A stretch of 61,654 bases of DNA, the filler included, from Sphacelaria rigidula (taxonomy: Eukaryota), in NCBI GenBank assembly GCA_964200075.2. It is 10 parts of 10 records of this genome, joined end to end, with 100 filler letters (N's around TTAATTAATTAA, not from the genome) between each part and the next. Parts side by side here need not be neighbours in the genome. Positions count along the whole stretch, not along the records: positions 1 to 6,077 come from CAXNAA020022398.1; positions 6,178 to 12,253 come from CAXNAA020022399.1; 8 more parts are not named here. The stretch is one strand, 5' to 3'. The position numbers and the translations under genes were made by a program. A model generated the notes under the pieces. That model searched no databases. It had not been told where the DNA came from and worked only from the letters and a program-made list of their open reading frames with translations. Positions 1-11,984 of this stretch are shown piece by piece. Numbering within the stretch: position 1 is the stretch's first letter; the number at the start of each line of letters is the position of its first letter.

Positions 1-780
1 GGCTCCAGTGACAGCGATCCCGGCGTTCGCCGTGACCAGGCCGGTGGCCGTAGTGGTGCCATCGACCAGTAGGTTGCCAGAGTTGGAGATGGTAAGCGTG
101 CCGTCGATGCTGCTGGCCCCCGTGACGGCCATCCCGGCGTTCGCCGTGACCAGGCCGGTGGCCGTGGTCGTTCCGCCGACTTGCAAGTTAGCCGAGGCCG
201 TGAGCAGGCCAGTGGAAGTTGTGGTGCCATCGACGAGTAGGTTACCGGAGTTGGAGATGGTGAGCGTGCCGTCGATGCTGCTGGCTCCGGTGACGGCGAT
301 CCCGGCATTGGCCGTGACCAGGCCGGTGGCCGTGGTGGCGCCATCTATCAGTAGGTTGCCAGAGTTGGAGATGGTGAGCGTGCCGTCGATGCTGCTCGCC
401 CCCGTGACGGCGATCCCGGCGTTGGCCGTGACCAGGCCGGTGGCCGTGGTGGTGCCATCGACCAGTAGGTTGCCAGAGTTGGAAATGGTGAGAGTGCCGT
501 CGATACTGCTGGCCCCCGTGACGGCGATTCCGGCGCTCGCCGTGACCAGGCCGGTGGCCGTGGTCGTTCCGCCGACTTGCAAGTTTGCTGAGGCTGTGAG
601 CAGGCCAGTGGACGTTGTGGTCCCATCAACGAGTAGATTGCCGGAGTTGGAGATGGTGAGCGTGCCGTCGATGCTGCTGGCTCCGGTGACGGCGATCCCG
701 GCGTTGGCCGTGACCAGGCCAGTGGCCGTGGTGGTGCCATCGACGAGTAGGTTGCCGGAGTTGGAGATGGTGAGCGTGCC
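1..780 (-). repeat. Coding tandem repeat: 54/60-bp modules, 114-bp basic period, 396-bp higher-order period
   Basis: Modules B (20 aa) x6, A (18 aa) x6 (last one partial), C (GLLTASANLQVGGTTTAT) x2. The motif ttccgccgacttgcaag recurs at 171 and 567. Confidence 0.95.
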
Positions 781-1039
781 GTCTATGTCCCCATTTCCGG
801 TAATGTCGAAACCTCCCGATTCAACGGTCAGTCCACCGGCCTCAACGGTTACGCCCACAGATGCAACGACCAGGCCTCCAACGATATCTGCCCCTCCACT
901 CGTTATGGTTACCGCAGCGGAGCTAGAAACCCCTGCTATCGTCAGGGTACTAGACCCGAGGATAGTTCCCGTCACAGTTACGGCTGCAGAGCTGGTTATC
1001 CCGGCGATCGTCAGCGTGCCGGTCGGCGCAGATATGGAC
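1..1039 (-). CDS. Last visible exon (3'-partial) of EGF-like/beta-repeat protein; join complement(4889-4734,3507-3343,2818-2697,1876-1734,1039-<1)
   Basis: Acceptor gctaag|G at 1039, then 346 stop-free codons to the window edge: GSISAPTGTLTIAG...GGLTVESGGFDITGNGDID followed by repeats of GTLTISNSGNLLVDGTTTAT / GLVTANAGIAVTGASSID. Phase matches the upstream exon (GG+G=Gly). Confidence 0.9.
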
Positions 1040-1733
1040 CTTAGCAACGAAATATGGGGTGGGTTGTTGGCGAAACGGCACCACCGCAAGATGCGAATGG
1101 TTAGTACACGAGAATAGTATGTGTTGCCAAGAAGAAGTTAACGGGATTAGGTGGTGTATATGATGTGCATCAGCAGCTGGTCCAAGCAAATTTGACCAGT
1201 TCGGCGGGATCTTGCCTAACCTAGAGCGATATGCCTCTTCGTGCCCTTGAGAATTGGAGAGCCGAGGAGATTGTGGAAACGTCACGTCGTTTTGACCGAT
1301 CCAATGGTCCTTCCTCGAAAACCATATTTTGACAAAAGTTAAATGAGCTAGCTCACTCCAGATGGTCGAGATCGTAGTGTCTTTTCCTACTACTTCCGCC
1401 GATGATCAAGGTCGTAGGACGAGGAACCACCAGAACATGGCATCGCCTTGAGCCACGAAGTATTGGCGTTCTCGCTGTCTACGTTTGCGTTTATGCGACG
1501 ATTCCACTGCTGAGGGAAGTTTTGCTCCAGGAGTGTATCGAGCCAGAGGGCGAGTTTAGAATGCGCCTCATTTTTATTCAATGTAATGGATGCGTGTTTG
1601 CCGTATGTATCTCACACACGATTCACGTAAAAGTTTTGTCCTTCCTTCATTTGACGGTTGATACGCAGTTAACGACGCCAGTACAGGGTGAGGGTTTATG
1701 CGCGAAGCTTAGGTCCTAGTGGGTACAGCTCAC

Positions 1734-1876
1734 CCGACGTCGAGCGTAAGATCGCCAGCTGTGATCGTAGCGTCCCCCGTGGCGACAACAAGGTCACCGT
1801 CCGTCACTGTGACACCGCTGTTGGCGAGGACAACACCAGCAACGTCAAGGTACCCCGAATCTACATACAGGTCACC
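1734..1876 (-). CDS. Exon of EGF-like/beta-repeat protein
   Basis: ggtag|GDLYVDSGYLDVAGVVLANSGVTVTDGDLVVATGDATITAGDLTLDV-GG|gtgag; 143 nt, phase 0 in, phase 2 out. Confidence 0.88.
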
Positions 1877-2696
1877 CTACCATGAATGGCGGATGCAAGC
1901 AAGGGTAGGGAACGGATGAGAAGCGGAAAATCAGCCCGTCAAGGAATTTCCTGTCTATCGCGCGACGCAACGAAGAAGTGGGGAATCGGGGGAGCTCCGT
2001 GGGCACGTGTAGCTCGGCACTCTCGTGGGAAAGCTGAGGAACATAGATGAGCGGGATGGGCATAGGTTCTGAGAAGGATAGACACGGGGAAAAGTCGGTA
2101 ATGTCTCCCCTCTCCCGCACTTCTGATTCATTTCAAACGGCACGCAAAGGTTGTAGGATCGAACCATATATACCTTGTGACGCTCGAAGCGCAGATACTG
2201 GCGGAATAAAACCTGATGTCATATTCAAAGCTTATTAGAATCATTGGCGCAAGGGTGAATTCCGAACCGCTACGAGGCCAATGACGCATCGCCTGAGTGG
2301 GGAACAAGAGGCAGCTCCCTGAAAAATGGCACAAAATCATGACTGTCCGCTGCACGAAGGATGGACTCTGCGGTACTCGATTCGGTGTGTCGCACAACGT
2401 TCATCAACTATGGCCAGCGTTCACTACAGTGCTTGTTTATATTGTCGCGATTTCAAATAATTTGGGCAGTTTCTTGCGTTTACCGTCTTCATATACGAAG
2501 AAAAAGTGACGCTAAAGTGTCTCTCGTCGATTCCGGGGCTCAAAAGAGGGCTGATTCTAGTGCTAATCCGTCAGGACAAAAGATTTCATCGACCTGAATT
2601 CAGCACATAAAGGAAGCGAGTGGAAACTGCTTCCTTCAGCTAATCCCTGCGTTTGTACCCAGCTCATGGGTGCGGTTGATTGGCATGTGCACCCAC

Positions 2697-2818
2697 CTTG
2701 TACATACGCAAACTGCCATCGCCAGACAACACGAAGGTGTTTGTTCCATTGGACGTAGCCTTGATTAGGTTGAAATCTCCGTTGGAGGTTCTTAAGGTCT
2801 CGAGGCGAAGCACATTGC
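2697..2818 (-). CDS. Exon of EGF-like/beta-repeat protein
   Basis: gaag|(G)NVLRLETLRTSNGDFNLIKATSNGTNTFVLSGDGSLRMYK|gtgggt; 122 nt, phases consistent with both neighbours. Confidence 0.88.
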
Positions 2819-3342
2819 CTTCAAGTTCAGTAGAGGAGACAAGTGAAAATACCAGGCGACAACCGAATAGTAAATACCAGTAGATTACCCGGCAAAGCTA
2901 ATTAAATGGTTCCAGACGATTACTCCATGGTATCATATTTTGTTTTTCGTGTTCCGAAAGAAGAGTCGTGGCTATGGGTCATGTTGATCAGGTAGACGTA
3001 CAGCATGGGTAGGCTCGATTTACTGAACCTAAGAACACTACAAAATCCTTGGATTTCTCTCCCACCTTACATGTTCGCTGCCAAATGTTTTAGCGGGAGC
3101 GATGAAATCCGGAGATTTTCAAAGTCAAGTACCTGGAATTTACATATTAGAAAATAGCATACTCTCTGTTGCCTTTTTGGTTGCAAGGGGAATTGCGCGT
3201 TTTACCCAACAGACGTACAACGATCAGCCGGGTGAGCGACGCTACAGCGCTACAGCGCGATACCTGAACAAGCACAATCACCCGCTATTCCAGCAACAAA
3301 GCCGGGCAGCTCTAAACAATCTTGGGTAACGCAGCAGCTCAC

Positions 3343-3507
3343 CGGTGAAATTCTCTTTGGAAGAGTACGCATGAAGAATATCTTCGTCGTACTCGGACGG
3401 GAAATAAGAGTCGGAGACGTCACAGTTGGCCCGCGAGTAACCCTCGAAACAACCACACCTCCCGGTATCCATATCGCACACGCCGCGCCCGCTGCAAAAT
3501 TGATACT
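3343..3507 (-). CDS. Exon encoding the EGF-like Cys module
   Basis: gacag|(E)YQFCSGRGVCDMDTGRCGCFEGYSRANCDVSDSYFPSEYDEDILHAYSSKENFT-G|gtgag; C-S-G-R-G-x-C...C-x-C-x-x-G-Y-x4-C EGF pattern; 165 nt. Confidence 0.9.
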
Positions 3508-3594
3508 CTGTCATTTTGAGACGCGAACGATTGGAAAATTAGGTTGTTATGAACTTGGCGCCGAACCACGCGCGGAGGTATGATGGAGGAAGGA

Positions 3595-3710
3595 AGACGG
3601 TCAGGAGGGGGGTCATGATCTTGGTTGCCGTAGTCATATGACCGTTGACCTCGCATCCATACGAAGCCAGGAAAGAGCACGCCAGGTTTTCGCCGGACCA
3701 GGCTTGCAAT
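3595..3710 (+). repeat. G-run module repeat, intronic copy
   Basis: ggggggtcatgatcttggttgccgtagtc...gagcacgccaggttttcgccggaccaggc matches 12045-12157 and 6186-6240. Confidence 0.75.
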
Positions 3711-4733
3711 CAACAACGAAGCGCGAAGCACCGTGACGTATTCGGCGAGGCGCATGAAGGGAAAGGTCAGGGGGGCGGGGAGTTGGGCTTGTAAACACTC
3801 GAATCACGTCCTGAAACTATGACGACGCGTTCATTATTATCATGATCGTGTACGCGTTCATTTCGATGCTCAACATATAAAGGAAAGTCCCGCCGCGCCT
3901 CGATTTCCCTGCAAGAAAGGTTGCATATTGGACTATGTTGTAGATAGATAAAGTGTTCTCGATAAATTGTTAGAGGCAGTGTGTACTGCGCCATGCGGTA
4001 TATATTACTTGAAGCGTATCTCATGAGTGAGATTTCATTCCTCGCGAGGCCTTCAAAACAGGTGTAGCTGCTGGCGGTATGCAGACCACCATGGCCTCGA
4101 CGCTTCTCCATGTGCGATGATGGTCCTGCTGGATACCGGCGTCACTATGTGCTCACCTACACTAAAATTATGGTCTCACCAATGTACATATGCACCGTGA
4201 AGACCTGGGCCTGGGTAAACGCATGCGTCAACAGCTATATACTACGCAAGCAAGATATGTAGTTCAAAGCATGTGGATACAGACGCGTTTTTGGGATTTC
4301 AGATGGTATCCAAATGGTATTTTTTTCATTCTTGAGCGGAATAAGCGTGCGTTACTGTACCATTATACTTCGAAGTATGTCGTCAGTCGACTCGTTGGGC
4401 TGCACGCCATGCTGTAGTACCAAAGCACTACTACACCGAACGTCCGTTGTCTCCGCCCACGAGACGCAAAACGACCTTGTGAATTTGCGTCGTTCGATCC
4501 CAGCTATTCGGAATGCTTCTACTTTCGTCATTGACTTACCCACTAACATCACACTATTTCTCCTTATTTTTCAAACGTTGCCATATTTATTGTAACCGCT
4601 CCTTTGCTAGGCAACCCTTGCGGATCAAGCTATTGCCACTCCAACTGCCATTATCGGACGTTTACCTCCGAAACGGTCGGGGCTTCACTTGCTATCTCTT
4701 GCAAAAAGTGCCAACACCGGTGACTTAACACAC

Positions 4734-4889
4734 CCTTGAGATTGCCGTCTTCCACAACTGCAAGCTCGCAGGACACGTCGGTCGCCCCGGTAACGTTAGC
4801 AGCGTTGCAAGAGAATGCGTCCAGCCCCGGCAAGCCGTCGTGGTCGAACACGTTGTTTTGGTGTGGGAACGTAGGAAATGACACCAGCT
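4734..4889 (-). CDS. First visible exon of EGF-like/beta-repeat protein (gene 5'-partial)
   Basis: ccgcag|xLVSFPTFPHQNNVFDHDGLPGLDAFSCNAANVTGATDVSCELAVVEDGNLK-G|gtgtgt; joins in frame to give NLKEYQFC. The acceptor could alternatively be at 4887. Confidence 0.82.
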
Positions 4890-5764
4890 CTGCGGATGTA
4901 TTTCGAGATGGGAAGAGTTGAGGGAAACGTGAACGCGGAAAGCGTTGAGGGAAACGTAAGCGTGGGAAGCGTACAAACCCGAGGCAAGACTACAGCTTCC
5001 AACGGTATAGGTGTGCTCCTCACGTGCAACATGCTTTCGTGTTGGGTAATGCACACATTCATGATGCGACTGTACCTCCCGCCGCTTTTCACCTCGAACA
5101 AGATGGGTTTGCTTGAGCGTGCCTCCCCCTCATGTCAAAGCCCACTTATCCAGCTTGGCTGTTGGCGTTTGACATGATTTCGTACAGCATCATCATCCCC
5201 CCAAGACACTGCTTGAACATCCTCCCGGATGCTCCCATGGGGTGAAAAGATTATGCACAGTACTATCCGTCTCTGCCAAGAATGCATCAAATCAGCCATT
5301 TGAATAGCGATGTCTTTGTTGGGGTTCGCGCCCAAACGGACGTGGGGAAATGATTCATACTGAAACAATTTTCCTAATTTTGTATTATCCATGGCATACC
5401 CAAGGAGGGCTACATATCTCGACAAACTGCATGCCTGGGGCGCTACCCCCTCGCTAACCATAAATGATGGATTGCTGAGAGGAGGCGCGGACTATACCCC
5501 CCTATTATTAAAACCACATTTTACGCACCAATCTCGTACGCCGCTCCTCCTTGATTATTTACATCACCGCGCGTGCAGAACACCTGATATTTTCCAGGAT
5601 TAGAGGGGGAGGATGTGTGTGTGAGGGGGCGGTACCCAGGCGTTCCCCGGCTTCATGCTAGACTGTCAAGTGGGGGAGGGGTCTTTGATGTAGCGCAAAC
5701 GGTCCCTTTGCGTCGTCCACACATATATACAGACAACGTTATGTAAAAAAAAAAAAACATGAAG

Positions 5765-5981
5765 AGTCATCCTACGATAGGGAGGGGCGGGTATTTTAGG
5801 CCAATTCTTGCATGAAATTCCACGTTAAACCATGGTTGAAAGCAGCAAAGGTTACTTGAACGAGCTTGTCGTAAATATACAACGCTCATTCATGCTGCTT
5901 GACCCCGTTTTAAATGAAATACAAGCGCACCGCGAGTGTGGCGGGTCGTCCCTATCGACTATGGCATGCATGATCATGAGT

Positions 5982-6014
<33 letters not shown>

Positions 6015-6077
6015 AGCGGGCCGGGGGGGGAGCGCCGCGGGTGGGGGGGTCCCGCAAAAGAAGAAGCAGAACGGGGG
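5765..6077 (-). repeat. G-run module repeat at contig end
   Basis: The reverse complement reads poly-G then gtactcatgatcatgcatgccatagtc, matching 12061-12087. cctacgatagggagggg at 5771 matches 24525. Confidence 0.7.
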
Positions 6078-6177
6078 NNNNNNNNNNNNNNNNNNNNNNN
6101 NNNNNNNNNNNNNNNNNNNNNTTAATTAATTAANNNNNNNNNNNNNNNNNNNNNNNNNNNNNNNNNNNNNNNNNNNN
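6078..6177. other. Artificial contig linker N44-TTAATTAATTAA-N44; identical linkers at 12254-12353, 18430-18529, 24605-24704, 30780-30879, 36955-37054, 43130-43229, 49305-49404, 55480-55579
   Basis: Exactly 100 nt with a six-frame stop core; flanking contigs are 6075-6077 bp in descending length order. Confidence 0.99.
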
Positions 6178-6240
6178 CATCGGGGGTCCGCCCCTACAAA
6201 GCCGGGACGGAGCACGCCGGGTTCTCGCCGGACCAGGCGA

Positions 6241-9200
6241 CTGTCCACCATTTGTGGGAGGGTGATACAAACTGGAAAAAATGCGATTGGCACTCAAACA
6301 TTCACTGGCTGCGGCCGAAAGTGTGCCTGAAAAATGCGGGCCGTTATCGGACAGTAATCGTTTGGGCACACCGCACTGTGGGATGCACATATATACAAGA
6401 ATGTTGACTGTACCTTGCGCGTTATAGCTACTGGCAGCAACCGCGTGCATCACCGCATGTCGACCAAATCTATCTGTAAACAACAAAATATACTTATGAC
6501 CACTATCCATCAGGGGCAAAGACTTGAAGAAATCCCATGAAACTACTTCACCAGGCCCGGTTGGGAGTGGCATGAAAACAATCGGCCAACGAACTGTTTG
6601 GCGTGAAGGTTTTCGCGCCTGGCACGGAAGACAACGCCTCACCCACCAACGTACACACTGATCCATACAAATCCACCAAAACAAACGCTCAAGCATGTGG
6701 GAGCTTCGAGCAACCCCCACATGTGTTGATGCTTGCGAATGATATTCGTGCAGAACCCATGGACGCGGAAGCATCGGCACATGAATTCGTGTGGGATCAT
6801 CACCTAGGAAATAGGCATGTTCACTGGTAGGCTTCCCCACAGGAAGGCGCGCTGTGGACCGGTGAACCGAAAGAACAACACTTTCATCATCCGTATAAAG
6901 CATGCGTACTCGCGATAGTTCAATAACTTTATCCTGTGTGGGGTCTTTGTGGTTCCCAACGGGCAAGAGGAATCCAGCCGCTGAAAAAGGAGATGGACAG
7001 CCTTTGAATAGATAATGCATAGCCCCTCTACAAGCAGATTTGGCTTGTTGTTCCCTGATCCAATCGGCGTGAGAGAGAAGGGTCAAACGTTCCTCAAATA
7101 TACTATCTGACGGTTTGTCCAAAATGAAGGGGTTCGTGTCACGGCGGTGTTGACTCGAATCAGGGATATTTGGATCATGGGCCAGGGAACAGAACAGTGT
7201 ATTTTCAAGGGGAACATTGTATTCGATTCCTACGTCGACTAGCGCGTCGGGTGATGGGGCATCAGTTGGGACACCATCACCGGGAAAGGGCGGCAAAGCC
7301 GAGGCTTCGGCTATGGCGGAAAGGGGTGCCGTGGATGGAGTCGATCTCCTGGGGGCCTGTCGCCGCGGTGGTTGCGGGGGCGCAAGGAAATTATCGGGCA
7401 CCAGGATGGGGACTGGGATGAGAAAGTCCGGGCCAGAGGCCGCCAGGGTGGTGGCTGTATTGGTGACCCGCCGTCCTCGGGTTCTACTTGAGATGAGATC
7501 TCGAACTCGAACCGGCAGGGCGAAGTCCGTAAAAGACGGCTCTACATCTACAGCAAGAACATACGATGCCACTTTCACGGAAATGATCGTAGCCGGTCGA
7601 GTTTGTGCTAGCTCCATTCCAAACTGAATACAATGATTGTGGTGGCATACTGCCAAGTACAGAAGCGTGAGCTGTAGTCGTCAGCCAATCGATGCCAAGT
7701 GCCGAGTTATTGCTCGGTGAGGGTGGTGTGTAGATTTCGCCATGACGGTTTCTTTTGATGAAATATGTCATGTCTTTGGTGGGATCCGTATTACGTCCCA
7801 AGGCGGAGCTGTCGATGGGTTAGGACGGGATGAGCAAGCAAGATAGAAAATTGGCGTTTGCATTTTGAGGTCCTGTTCGATACTTTACCGTGAAGTTGTA
7901 AGAAGATAGGATTCCAAACCAGCGTTGAATCCGGGTGTTGTGTTTCGCCACTTTGGCGAGGTTTTCCAAAGACTTATGATCTGTATAAATCACGAACGAC
8001 ATCTCATACAAGCAATGACGGAGACGTAGCACTCCCCAGACAATCGCACCGGTCCCTTGATCCGTGACCGACCGGTTTTGCTCGTTTGGGTAGGTGGTTC
8101 GACTCAAGTATACAATGAGGCGAATATAAGCATTTCATTGTTCCTGCTCCAATGTACGGCCAAACTCAATTTTGGAGGAATCTGTGTGAAGTCGGAACGA
8201 ACGTCAACCATGTTTAGCGGCCGACTAGTCTAAGAAAAAGCAACATTGGTGGTTGCGAAAGTGTGTCAAGCAATTGACACATTGCTTTCTCCATTTCCGA
8301 CGTAAGCGCAAATTTCATTCGTTTTTTGAGAAGGGAGGTGAGAGGTGTGCGGGTTCGGGCTAGTCACGGCAATTACTGTCGGTAGCAGCTCAAACCGCCG
8401 GGCAAGGAGCGCAGCTGAGACCTATCCTGTGGCATGGGCATAGCTGCAAGTGCGGCAACCTTGTTGAGGTGTGGGCTACAACCTTCCGGAGTGATGGAGT
8501 GGCCCAGGAATTCGATGCTTGTCGCTCCAACGCGGGGTTTGAATGGCGCAAGTGTTAAATTGTGTTGCTCGACGCGAGCGAAGAAAGGCGCCAAGTGCTC
8601 GACGTGTTCGGAAGGGGTTCTTCCGTGTATTACCGCGTCATAGATCTACATGTGGCACTTGGAAAATCCATCATTCACACGAAACATCACACGTTGAAAT
8701 GCCCCGGGGCGCCGGTGACACCTTGTGGTGTTACCGACCATTCGTACAGGCCTGACGGTGTACAAAACGCCGTCAGTTCTTGAGATTGCGGGTCCATCAC
8801 AAGTCGGTGGTAGCCGGACTGCATGTCAAAGTTTGAAAATAATTCACCCCCGCCGAGAGCGTCAATGATTTAATCTATTCGGGAAAGAGGTCGACATGCG
8901 ATTTCGGTGACTGCGTCCAATCGTTGGTAATTGACCGTCAGTCTGATCTTATTGTTTTTCCGGACGACAACCAGCGGCGGGGCCCACGGGGACGTGAAGT
9001 GCCGTATTGTACCGGCGGATAGGTATCCGTCGAGCATTACCCTAATTCTCTCCGCTAAGAGAGGGTTTGTAAGGTACGGACGCCTAGCGATAGGTGGCGT
9101 GCCATCAGGAACTCTGATTTCGAACGGAGTAGTGGTGCAGCGGCCTAGATCTAGGAACGGTATGGAGAACCGTTCAGAATATGTTATCAAAATGGAGCGC

Positions 9201-10150
9201 AGCCTATCGATCACCGACGATGTCCAATCCCCACCAGATAGATCAAAAGCAATGTGTCGCAAATGTGTGGGGGGGTATCGTTCCATAAGCGTTGGAAACT
9301 AATAACTTGCTCTGGCGATAATTCATGTAGTAATGCAGTTGGGGTGTTTGGGTCAGGTGCGTTAGACGCATCGTCCACCACCGTAGGGCGAGTCTTGTCT
9401 AACGGCGGAGTGTCCGCGTTAATCGAGGTGTCTGGTGACGTTTTCCGTCCGGTCGCCAGACACACGTTTGACAAGTCTGTCCGTAGGAGGAGTGCCTGAG
9501 CAAAACTCAGTGACTGACCGGGAAGTGTATCACATCATGCAGAGGACGTGAGAGGAATGGATTGTCTAGCTTCGTGAACAAATACTTCAGTTTAATCAAA
9601 GACGCCTACATCATCAGCCGACTGATTGGGGTTGATGGTTCGATCAACTACTGTCCAGTGAGGGCAGAGGATCCGTTCCGTCTCAGAAGGTTCACATGTA
9701 TGAGTTGGGGTTCAGGGGACAATGAGGTTACGATTTCGCCAAGATAGTACAGTCGGAAAGCATTACCTGTTTGTGTTGGATCATCGACATAGGCATGAGC
9801 CCCCGAGGCAGTGTCGTGATATTCCAATATCAACCTGCCAGTCTTGGGATGGTGCGAAACAGGTGTGTCCGACATGTAGGCTGGAGTAGAAAACCGTAGC
9901 CAACCATCACGTCCTAGCAAAACATCAACCTACATGGAAGTATCGGGCACTTTAAGTGCCCACACGAATAATCGCGCAGTTGAACCCGTGTCATCGAAAA
10001 GTTGAACACTGAGTTTCACTGATCGATCAACCGTGAGTGAAGCGGAGGCACCAAATCCTGCCGAAAACATGAGGAGAAACCGTAGAAACGCAATGCCTTT
10101 CCGCAGCCCCCGCATTGAGTATTTGTTGCCAGCAGCTGGCGGTGATGAAG
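6241..10150 (-). mobile_element. Degenerate Ty3/gypsy LTR retrotransposon pol (PR-RT-RNaseH-INT)
   Basis: Protease tail DVLLGRDGW (~9900-9930); RT SPWAPPLVVV..IRLTVNYQRL, catalytic site decayed to M*IYD (~8630-8645), IEFLGH; RNase H YTDHKSL..RIQRW; integrase H..H..C..C, WDF, TDRF, SDNGPHF. Multiple stops and frameshifts. Confidence 0.93.
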
Positions 10151-11984
10151 GTTTAAGGCGAGTCTGAATCGGGCAATGTAGCGGCTAATGAAGAGCATGT
10201 TGCATGCATTCCACTATGTACACCTATTTTCGTTGTGAAGGGGGTCTCATCCATGATAGCAGTACCGCTGACTAGATCCGGTCCAAATTGTGCTGGCACG
10301 AAAATTGTGAAGGAGGCATAATCCATGACAGCAATAGCGCTGACTAGATCTGTTTCAAATTCCGGCAAGGAAACTGTGAACATACAATGCTTGTGATCGT
10401 GAGTGGCTGCGCTGAAACACACACGCTGATGATCCTTTGGAGCAAGATTTCTGTCCGAAGGTGGGATGGGGCACGGAGTGTCTTTTGTAGTTGTTGGAGG
10501 ATGTGTCGAGTGTTGGTTCGTATACTGTAAGGGATGGACCATGCCTAGGAAGGGCAGTTGTCGTGGCTGGCCGCGACAACTGTTGCGTTTGGTTTGAGAT
10601 ACCGTGGTCGGCTGCAACAAGTAGCGAAGCGTCAGTTTGCAAAGCTGACGAGGTAACAGCATCTAGTACGGGCAAACGAGCGGACGCCTCGTCAAGGGGT
10701 GAAGGCGATTTGGCTACACCAGTCAATTCGCTACCCGGGTTAGTTGGGGACAACGTCGGTAAAAAAGGGGACAAGCGGTCAGCGTGAACGGCTCGTCGGT
10801 CACTCCGCTAGTTTTTCTTGTGATGAAGACTCAGACGGGAGGTGTTTTTGACAAGGAGGCAAACGCGCACTTGACAGCGAGGTAGCTGACCCAAGAGATG
10901 GCAACGGTATTTTGGTGGTGGGTTCTAACATAGTGTGTGAGGGGTCGGCAGGGAGCAGTGTTGATCTGTTCCCAATCTGCGAAACACCGGCCTGGTCGAC
11001 AGAATCGTCTCCATCCAATGAAACCCACACCTGTTCACGATTTCGGTGGACGAGTGCAAGTGCGTCATCAGGGAAATCTACAGGGTAATCCGGAGGAGCC
11101 CGCCGATGTTAACGCGTATAGCGGACGAAAGGTTCGGCTGCTCCGGAGGCTATTGGGAATTGGTCGAGGACAGGCCGTCCTCGGTCACGCTCGTGGCGCT
11201 CTACCGGCGCTGTTACTTGGGGTTCCTTCCCAACCCGCCAAGCGACGGGAAGCCAGGGTCCGACATGGTTACGCGCCGTGCACGAAAAATTACGCTCACT
11301 AAATGAAAGGGAACCGGACACCGACGTCATTTCGTTTGTGGGTGTCACAGCGGTCGGCTTGGCACTTAAGCATGCTTGGGGGCTGGTGTGTGGCCTTGAT
11401 TTTATTATCCTATGATGAACGGTCACAGGGGTAACAGCTACCGCGTCAACAGATGTTCCTGCTTCGGGGGCGGAGGGTGTTACACTACACGACTGCCGAT
11501 CCCATAAGGAGGAAGGATCCAACTGTCTATGATTAATACCACTTGAAGGTGAAACTAGGTGATCAGTTCTAGAATTTAAACACTGGGGTGAGTTAGTGAC
11601 AGTCTGATCGAGACCAGTGTACCCGCACCACGAACCTGAATCTGTGCTGGACGACATTGAATCAGTTATGTGAAGTGTGTCTACTGACCGAGCGGGAGAA
11701 GAAGGGGGGGGGGGGCACTTCCGCGGCGTGTTGCCGTCAGTCGTTGGTTTCCTAATGTGGGCCTGTGGCGGACGATGGGGTATGAAGGCGAAGTGTGATC
11801 AGAACATGTAGAGGGCAACAGCGTAAATACGTCAGGAGTCGCACACTCGGGCTTGATCCACTGTTTGCTATTCGGAAACGCGGGGTTTTCTACATTTCCA
11901 AACCATCGTCAGGTGGTGCGTTTAGCATCAGTGAAGGAACGGCTCTTTTCCTGGCGAGCACCACCCGCTGCAGCAGTTCCCGTT

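Noticed and set aside
1..780. CRISPR-like regular repeats
   Set aside because: No unique spacers; unit lengths are multiples of 3 and encode protein.
8..1117. 369-aa plus-strand repeat ORF
   Set aside because: Antisense shadow sharing wobble positions with the minus-strand exon; the minus frame has splice sites and phase continuity with four upstream exons.
6122..6133. TTAATTAATTAA as a biological motif
   Set aside because: Synthetic six-frame stop linker embedded in Ns.
11032..11300. Possible solo LTR inserted in the gypsy 5' region
   Set aside because: Composition shifts and TG..CA can be drawn, but no TSD or second copy is visible.
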